Positions 58,138 through 64,000 of a DNA stretch of 64,000 nt are shown piece by piece; the stretch's first letter is position 1, and each line of letters begins with the position of its first letter. The position numbers and the translations under genes are program-made. This DNA comes from Candidatus Zhuqueibacterota bacterium (GTDB taxonomy: Bacteria; Zhuqueibacterota; Zhuqueibacteria; Thermofontimicrobiales; Thiofontviventaceae). The stretch covers positions 1,418 through 65,417 of the forward strand of contig JAZBPW010000020.1 of assembly GCA_036351795.1 (NCBI GenBank), written 5' to 3'. A model generated the notes under the pieces. It was not told the origin of the DNA. It worked only from the letters and a program-made list of their open reading frames with translations, and searched no databases.

Positions 58138-59814
58138 ATGGAAATATTAGTTGAATGCGTTCCCAATTTCAGTGAAGGAAGAGACCGGAAGATCATCGAT
58201 GCCATTGCAAAGGAGATTACGGATACTGACAACGTCAAACTGCTCGACGTCGATCCAGGCTCTGACACCAACCGCACAGTGGTCACCTTTATCGGTACTC
58301 CGGATGGTGTGGAGACAGCTGCTTTCAAGGCAATAAAAAAGGCGGCAGAGCTCATTGACATGCAACAACACTCAGGCGCGCACGCCCGTATGGGAGCGAC
58401 GGATGTCTGTCCGTTTGTTCCAGTTTCCGGCATTTCTGTCGATGAGTGCATCGACATGGCCAATCGACTGGGCGAGCGTGTGGCAGAGGAGCTTGAGATT
58501 CCTGTTTATCTTTACGAAGAGGCGGCAAAAACACCGGACAGGAAAAATCTTGCCGACGTACGAAGAGGCGAATACGAGGGATTGCCGGAAAAACTGAAAG
58601 ATCCCATATGGAAACCGGATTTCGGGGAGGCCACATTTAACAGTAAATCAGGCGCAACCGTGATTGGCGTCAGGGAGTTTCTCATTGCCTATAATATCAA
58701 TCTGAACACACGTGATAGAAAACTGGCAACAGACATCGCGCTGACAATACGTGAAAAAGGACGACTCAAACGCGATGTTAACGGCGTCGTGCTGAGGGAT
58801 GGAAGCGGGAAAGCGCTTCGTCAGCCGGGTTTGTTGAAAGAGTGCAAGGCAGTCGGCTGGTACATCGATGAATACGAGCAGGCACAAATCTCCATGAATC
58901 TCGTGAACTATAAGGTCACACCGCCGCACATTGCCTTTGATACGGTCTGCTCCGAGGCTGAAAAGCGCGGACTGCGCGTCACTGGCAGTGAGCTGGTGGG
59001 ACTGATACCGCTATCAGCCATACTCGAGGCTGGGAAACATTATTTGCGAAAGCAGGGCAAATCGACCGGCGTATCTGAAGAGGAGTTGATACACACGGCA
59101 GCGACATCTCTCGGACTCAAAGACGTCGCTGATTTCGATCCGGCAAAAAAGATCATCGAGTACCAGGTGAGAGAAACAAAGGGCCCGCTTGTGCGAAAAG
59201 ACATGCGCGAGTTCGCCAATGAGCTCGCATCGGAATCGCCGGCGCCGGGTGGTGGGAGTGTTTCCGCGCTGGCCGGGGCACTCGCCTCCGGTCTGGTCTC
59301 GATGGTGGCAAATTTGACGCATGGTAAGAAGGAATATTCAGAGTCATGGCAGGAGATGGAGGATATTGCTTCCAGGGCACAGTCCCTGAAAGACGATTTA
59401 CTGCGATCGATCGATCAGGATACGGAAGCATTTAACGCGCTGATGTCATGCTTCGGCATGCCGAAGAAGACAGATGAACAAAAGGCCCTGAGAAACGTCG
59501 CCATTCAAAAGGCGACACAGAATGCCTGTGAGGTTCCGCTCTCCGTTATGAAAATGGCGATTGAGGTATTGAAACTATCCAAAATTGTGGCAGTAAAAGG
59601 AAATGAAAATGCGCTGAGTGACGCGGGAGTTTCCGCCCTGATGGGGCTTGCCGCGATTAAAGGAGCTGGCTACAATGTGAGCATCAATCTGGGTTCAATT
59701 GAGGACAGCGATTACGTTCGTGATCAGCGCACCGCTATCAAGGCCCTGAAGGATAAAGCGGAGGATTTGGCTGATTCCATTGAAAAAGAGGTATCGAATA
59801 GGCTTGAGGGCTGA
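58138..59814 (+). CDS. ftcD: Bifunctional glutamate formimidoyltransferase / formimino-THF cyclodeaminase (FtcD-like).
   Basis: N-terminal 'ILVECVPNFSEGRD' (formiminotransferase). A cyclodeaminase domain in the C-terminal ~200 aa. Confidence 0.8.
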   Translation: MEILVECVPNFSEGRDRKIIDAIAKEITDTDNVKLLDVDPGSDTNRTVVTFIGTPDGVETAAFKAIKKAAELIDMQQHSGAHARMGATDVCPFVPVSGISVDECIDMANRLGERVAEELEIPVYLYEEAAKTPDRKNLADVRRGEYEGLPEKLKDPIWKPDFGEATFNSKSGATVIGVREFLIAYNINLNTRDRKLATDIALTIREKGRLKRDVNGVVLRDGSGKALRQPGLLKECKAVGWYIDEYEQAQISMNLVNYKVTPPHIAFDTVCSEAEKRGLRVTGSELVGLIPLSAILEAGKHYLRKQGKSTGVSEEELIHTAATSLGLKDVADFDPAKKIIEYQVRETKGPLVRKDMREFANELASESPAPGGGSVSALAGALASGLVSMVANLTHGKKEYSESWQEMEDIASRAQSLKDDLLRSIDQDTEAFNALMSCFGMPKKTDEQKALRNVAIQKATQNACEVPLSVMKMAIEVLKLSKIVAVKGNENALSDAGVSALMGLAAIKGAGYNVSINLGSIEDSDYVRDQRTAIKALKDKAEDLADSIEKEVSNRLEG

Positions 59815-59817
59815 TTC

Positions 59818-60729
59818 TTGTTCGATTGCGTAGGCCTGGGAATATGCGCTGTGGATTTCATCTGCCTTCTTTCAGAATATCCCGGTCTTGATGAAAAGAT
59901 CGATGCGGAAACATTTTCATTGCAGGGTGGCGGACCAGTTCCCACGGCGTTGGTCACGATGGCACATTTTGGTGCGAAAACATCCTATATTGGTGTCGTT
60001 GGCGATGATGAAGACGGCAAATTTCTCCTGTATGAATTCAGTCATGCCGGCGTGGATACATCGGCAACGATAATCGATAAAAATGGCATCACGAACCGGG
60101 CATTCATCTGGGTGGACAAGAAGAGCGGTAAAAAGTCCATTGTTCTGACTCAAGATCGTTCATCCTCACCGCTGATTGCCGATGAAGTGTCCAGGCGGCA
60201 TCTGATGTCGACTAAATATATGCATATTGACGGAAGGGAGACACAGGCGGTTTTTCCGGCGGTTGAGTTTGCGAGGGAGAATGGTGTCGAGGTGATTCTG
60301 GACGCCGGTTCCCCGAGGGACAGGATGGATGAACTGCTCGGGCTCGTCGATTACCCTGTCGTTTCCGAGGCATTCTGCCGGAATTATTTTGGAAAAGGCT
60401 CATATCAGAATTATCTGGGCATCCTGAAGGATCGAGGTGCCAGATACGCCGTCATCACCTGTGGAGAGCGCGGTTCGTATGCGATTGATGACGGAGAGAT
60501 CTATCACCAGCCCGCTTTCAATGTCAGTGTTATGGACACGACAGGAGCCGGAGATGTGTTTCATGGCGCATTCATCTATGGACTGATACAGGGCTGGCAA
60601 CTCAAGGAGATTATGCGATTTTCGGCAGCAGCAGCTGCCCTAAAATGTACGAAAATTGGTGGCCGGTCCGGAATACCGGACCTGACAATGGTCAATAAAC
60701 TGTTATCTCAGAAGGAGAAAAATGAATGA
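59818..60729 (+). CDS. PfkB-family carbohydrate kinase.
   Basis: 'DTTGAGDVFHGAFIYGL' with GG motifs. Confidence 0.8.
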   Translation: MFDCVGLGICAVDFICLLSEYPGLDEKIDAETFSLQGGGPVPTALVTMAHFGAKTSYIGVVGDDEDGKFLLYEFSHAGVDTSATIIDKNGITNRAFIWVDKKSGKKSIVLTQDRSSSPLIADEVSRRHLMSTKYMHIDGRETQAVFPAVEFARENGVEVILDAGSPRDRMDELLGLVDYPVVSEAFCRNYFGKGSYQNYLGILKDRGARYAVITCGERGSYAIDDGEIYHQPAFNVSVMDTTGAGDVFHGAFIYGLIQGWQLKEIMRFSAAAAALKCTKIGGRSGIPDLTMVNKLLSQKEKNE

Positions 60730-61265
60730 GAATCATCAAGTCTATTTTGTTCGTATTGCTACTGTTACAGGTGAGTGGACTCAACGCACAGGACACATTT
60801 AACCAGGGAGATATCGTTTACGTTAAAGAGATAGAGGAAAATCTGCGATTAACACCCAACGGAACAGTGATCACTCAACTTCCTCAAGCCTCGAAGGTCA
60901 TGGTGCTTGGAGTCGAAGGAAACTGGGTGGCCGTCCAGGTTGCCGGCTGGATCTGGAAACCGTCCCTCGTGTCATCTAAGTTGGATATCAAAGGGCTATA
61001 CATGAAAGCGCTTCATATTATGGTCGAAACCGAATCAGAAGCGAATGAGATTAAATCTCTCCTGGATAAAGGAAGTGATTTTTCTGCACTCGCCAAGGAG
61101 AGATCAAAAGGACCAAACGCGCAAAAAGGCGGGGATCTGGGCGTTGTCAATAAAGGAGATTTGCTACCGGAGCTCGATAATGCGCTGCGCAGCCTGAAAA
61201 CCGGAGAGATCAGCAAAGTGGTGAAATCGCCGATTGGATATCACATCTTCAAACGCACTGAGTGA
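60726..61265 (+). CDS. Secreted SH3b-domain plus parvulin-type (PpiC) peptidyl-prolyl isomerase.
   Basis: Signal peptide. 'GDLGVVNKGDLLPELDNAL...SPIGYHIF'. Confidence 0.75.
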   Translation: MRIIKSILFVLLLLQVSGLNAQDTFNQGDIVYVKEIEENLRLTPNGTVITQLPQASKVMVLGVEGNWVAVQVAGWIWKPSLVSSKLDIKGLYMKALHIMVETESEANEIKSLLDKGSDFSALAKERSKGPNAQKGGDLGVVNKGDLLPELDNALRSLKTGEISKVVKSPIGYHIFKRTE

Positions 61266-62186
61266 TCAGAACCCGTTCGAATCCAGTTTTTCTATGGCAA
61301 TTCGCATTGCATGAACAAGCCTGGCATATGACTTGAAATTGAGCGTTTCTATCGTGTCATTGGGACGGTGATAGTAGGGATTTCTGTAGAATGCGGTATC
61401 TGTGATCATCACGGCTTTGTACCCCATTTTCCAGAATGACGAATGATCCGACAGATCAATTCCCGGAACACCGGCGTACGTCACGATCGATTCGACTGGA
61501 ACGCCTTTATCCTGTTTCATATTTTCTGCCAGGCTTTCAACCATGGCCCGCGACTGGTTATTGCCGACAATGCCAATGAAGTTTCCGACATCCGGATAGA
61601 TCTCCTCCAGTGCGGGCAGTGGATATTTCTGGCTTTTGCGCTTGTCGGTGAAATACGCGAGCATTTCAAGCGCGATCATGCCGATGATGTTTTCCTTCTT
61701 TTTCTTGCATCTCTTCGCATAAACATAGCTGCCCATGTGATTTGTACCAAAATAGGGAGGTTCTTCCTGCGCAACCGCCACGAATCGCAGCGTCCTGTTG
61801 CTCGAATACGAATCCAGCAATCTGGCGAACTCGAGCAATGCGGCGACACCGGACGTATTATCATCTGCTCCCGGAGAATTGATCACTGTATCGTAATGCG
61901 CACCAATGACAATGATCTCTTCAGGCTTCTGATCTCCCCGCTTTTCCGCGACGATATTGTGAAACGTTATTTTTTCATGTGAAAAGTCCAAATCATCGAC
62001 AGAAAATGAAAACCGCTGCAATTCATTCAGGATATATTCATATGTTTTCTCGAGATTATAGTAGCTGACATGATTTCTTTCGCCTATCTGATTCGAAATA
62101 TGATCGACATGGCGATAAAGATTGCGCTGTATCTCGTTGAGCTCTGTATCCTTGAACTTGCCCAGCAGCGATTTTAAAAGATTCAA
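61266..62186 (-). CDS. M28-family zinc aminopeptidase.
   Basis: 'GAHYDTV', 'GADDNTSGVAALLE', 'EEPPYFG' metal-ligand motifs. Confidence 0.8.
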   Translation of the reverse strand: MNLLKSLLGKFKDTELNEIQRNLYRHVDHISNQIGERNHVSYYNLEKTYEYILNELQRFSFSVDDLDFSHEKITFHNIVAEKRGDQKPEEIIVIGAHYDTVINSPGADDNTSGVAALLEFARLLDSYSSNRTLRFVAVAQEEPPYFGTNHMGSYVYAKRCKKKKENIIGMIALEMLAYFTDKRKSQKYPLPALEEIYPDVGNFIGIVGNNQSRAMVESLAENMKQDKGVPVESIVTYAGVPGIDLSDHSSFWKMGYKAVMITDTAFYRNPYYHRPNDTIETLNFKSYARLVHAMRIAIEKLDSNGF

Positions 62187-62219
62187 ACGTTTTTCTCCGC
62201 TATATTCACCATGATAAAA

Positions 62220-63437
62220 TCAGGCGCCAAATTTCTGCAATCTGTTTGCATTCGCCAGGATGATCGGCATCAGTTGCATACTGGGCATGCGACTGAGACC
62301 ACCCTGAATACAGGAAATTTCATCAAAACGCGTGACAAGATCCGGACGGCAGATATCAGATCTCAAAAGCACCGGTACCGGATGCCAGCTGTGTCCTGAC
62401 ATCGCTGCTGGCGTGGAGTGATCCGCTGTGACAACCATTACATCTGGATTCAGTCCAGTCAGTGCAGGCAGAATCGCATCCACCTCTTCGATCACTTTCA
62501 CTTTGGCATCGAAGTCACCGTCCTCACCCCTGGCATCGGTCGCCTTTACGTGCACAAAGAAATAATCATATTCATCATATTTCTCTTTCACTGCCTGAAA
62601 CTCTGAAGCAGTGTCCGTGGTGACGGGATGCAAATCCATATTCAACAAAAATGCGACGCCTCTGTACATCGGATAATTGGCGATTGCGAGTGATTTGAGT
62701 TTATATCTCTCATACATTGAACGATATGGTTTGTGTTTTGCAAAGCCTCGCAGCAACACGGTGTTGGCATTGGGTTCATCCGCGATCGCCTTGTGCGCCT
62801 GATCCAGAAACTTTTTCACCAGAGCGACCGTCTTTTCGCTCCCGGGTGTGTTTGCCACGGGTTCGAGCGGTGGCACACCGAGTTTTTGAGGATCGGTGTC
62901 GTCGATATCCCCACCGAGATCATCGCCCCGTATCAACAGCGCCGCACGATGCTCTTTCACTGTTTCGAGAATAATTTCGGCATCTGGTTTCAGCGATACA
63001 TTTCGTCTTATTTTCTCACATACGCGTCGATTGATCTCTGTGGCAATACGGCCTGCTCGTCTGTCTGTGATATTTCCCTGCGCATCCCTGGTCGCAAAAT
63101 TGATTCGAATGGCCACATCCCTGTCGGTCAATGGCACGTTAATCCCGGCAGCCTCCAGCACACCACGCCCGATATTGGCCTCCACCGGATCATATCCGAA
63201 AAGCGCGAAATGCGCCGGGCCGCTGCCCGGCGTAACACCGGGTAGAATCGGATCCATCAGACCGCACACAGATTCCGCTGCCAGGGAATCGAGATTGGGC
63301 GTACGGGCAACCTGCAGTTCGGTTCCTTCCTTCCCTTTCACGGGCAATCCGCCCAACCCGTCCAGAACCAGAAAAACGATTTTTGTATTATTTTCAATTG
63401 CTAATTCATCTACAAAATGACTCATTTTCACTCCCAT
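62220..63437 (-). CDS. apgM: Cofactor-independent phosphoglycerate mutase, archaeal-type (ApgM).
   Basis: 'IVFLVLDGLGG', 'VTADHSTP', 405 aa. Confidence 0.85.
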   Translation of the reverse strand: MGVKMSHFVDELAIENNTKIVFLVLDGLGGLPVKGKEGTELQVARTPNLDSLAAESVCGLMDPILPGVTPGSGPAHFALFGYDPVEANIGRGVLEAAGINVPLTDRDVAIRINFATRDAQGNITDRRAGRIATEINRRVCEKIRRNVSLKPDAEIILETVKEHRAALLIRGDDLGGDIDDTDPQKLGVPPLEPVANTPGSEKTVALVKKFLDQAHKAIADEPNANTVLLRGFAKHKPYRSMYERYKLKSLAIANYPMYRGVAFLLNMDLHPVTTDTASEFQAVKEKYDEYDYFFVHVKATDARGEDGDFDAKVKVIEEVDAILPALTGLNPDVMVVTADHSTPAAMSGHSWHPVPVLLRSDICRPDLVTRFDEISCIQGGLSRMPSMQLMPIILANANRLQKFGA

Positions 63438-63440
63438 GCA

Positions 63441-64000
63441 TTATTTGATTCTTGTAAATTCTATTCGACGATTCGCAGCCCGGTTGACATCCGATGTATT
63501 TGGAGCAATCGGATCACGCTCGCCCATGCCTGTTGCTGTTAATCTTTCTCCATCAATACCCCGACTTATCAGATATTCTTTCACCGCGGTTGCCCGATTT
63601 TGAGAAATTCTTTCATTGACACCCCAATTACCCTTACTGTCGGTGTACCCCCGAATCTCTATCTCCATATCAGGAAATTTCAGCAGTGCATCAACGAGCT
63701 CCTCCAGCCGGCTGTACGAATCTATTGTCAGTTCAGCGACATTTTCTTCGAAACGGACATTCCGAAGCACGACCCTCTCCCCCACTTTATAAGGCGGCAC
63801 TTCAGGCTTCTGATCCGGGCAGCCATCCTCATCCTGAAAACCATTGAAATCCTCCGGCCAGTTTGGACAGGAATCGACGCTGTCGGGTATCGAATCGTTG
63901 TCATTGTCTACATCCGGACACCCATCCTCATCTTCAAATCCATCCAAATCCTCTTTTTCAAAATCACATTTGTCAAACTGATCTGCTATAGTATCGCCGT
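63441..64000 (-). CDS. OmpA-family protein with thrombospondin type-3 (Ca-binding DxDxDG) repeats. The N-terminus lies beyond the window end (partial).
   Basis: 'DEDGCPDVDNDNDSIPDSVDSCPN...DEDGCPD', then an OmpA C-terminal domain 'EIRGYTDSKG...NRRIEFT'. The repeats continue to nt 64000. Confidence 0.75.
   Translation of the reverse strand, partial: GDTIADQFDKCDFEKEDLDGFEDEDGCPDVDNDNDSIPDSVDSCPNWPEDFNGFQDEDGCPDQKPEVPPYKVGERVVLRNVRFEENVAELTIDSYSRLEELVDALLKFPDMEIEIRGYTDSKGNWGVNERISQNRATAVKEYLISRGIDGERLTATGMGERDPIAPNTSDVNRAANRRIEFTRIK

Noticed and set aside
1-64000. CRISPR arrays, IS elements, integrases and phage genes.
   Set aside because: No direct-repeat/spacer periodicity, transposase-like or recombinase-like ORFs, or terminal inverted repeats were seen. 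The window looks like core chromosome, with one pseudogene as the only sign of flux.

Overview
This is a 64 kb chromosomal window from an anaerobic or microaerophilic bacterium. It is densely coding (about 60 genes) and I found no rRNA, tRNA, CRISPR array or recognisable mobile element. Positions 20-28059 are coded entirely on the minus strand. Within that, 13195-26778 is a near-gapless chain of 17 co-directional genes: sdhAB (no membrane-anchor genes), a NifS-like protein whose PLP-binding Lys is replaced (HK to TT), IscU/NifU, a DsrE-like protein, TusA, a YyaL-type thioredoxin-fold protein, a second DsrE-like protein, an nqrBCDEF operon with no nqrA, a hypothetical protein, ferritin, rubrerythrin and desulfoferrodoxin. 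The same strand also carries glgX, a Kv-type K+ channel, PsiE, two tandem cytochrome bd subunit I (CydA)-like genes (the second fused to an octahaem c-type cytochrome, with no cydB), a Ca2+/Na+ antiporter, a coiled-coil OmpA protein, and a 1024-aa coiled-coil P-loop NTPase with a deviant Walker A at the window edge. The right half is mostly plus-strand housekeeping and metabolism: DsbD; an SSF transporter; a 7TM plus hybrid histidine kinase pair in overlapping frames; a sulfatase pseudogene; a MarR gene followed by a 1033-aa FAD/Fe-S oxidase with a Met/Pro-rich tail; an M48 peptidase; sugar-modification genes; tandem Usp; a TGS-GTPase; korDAB with a B-G fusion; a radical-SAM/DUF2344 fusion next to rng; rplU-rpmA; mdh; M24, FtcD, PfkB, parvulin, M28, apgM; and an OmpA/TSP3 protein cut by the window end. 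The most notable candidates are (i) the sulfur-relay / NqrA-less Nqr / SdhAB supercluster with its Lys-less NifS homologue, and (ii) the CydA-like/octahaem cytochrome c fusion pair.
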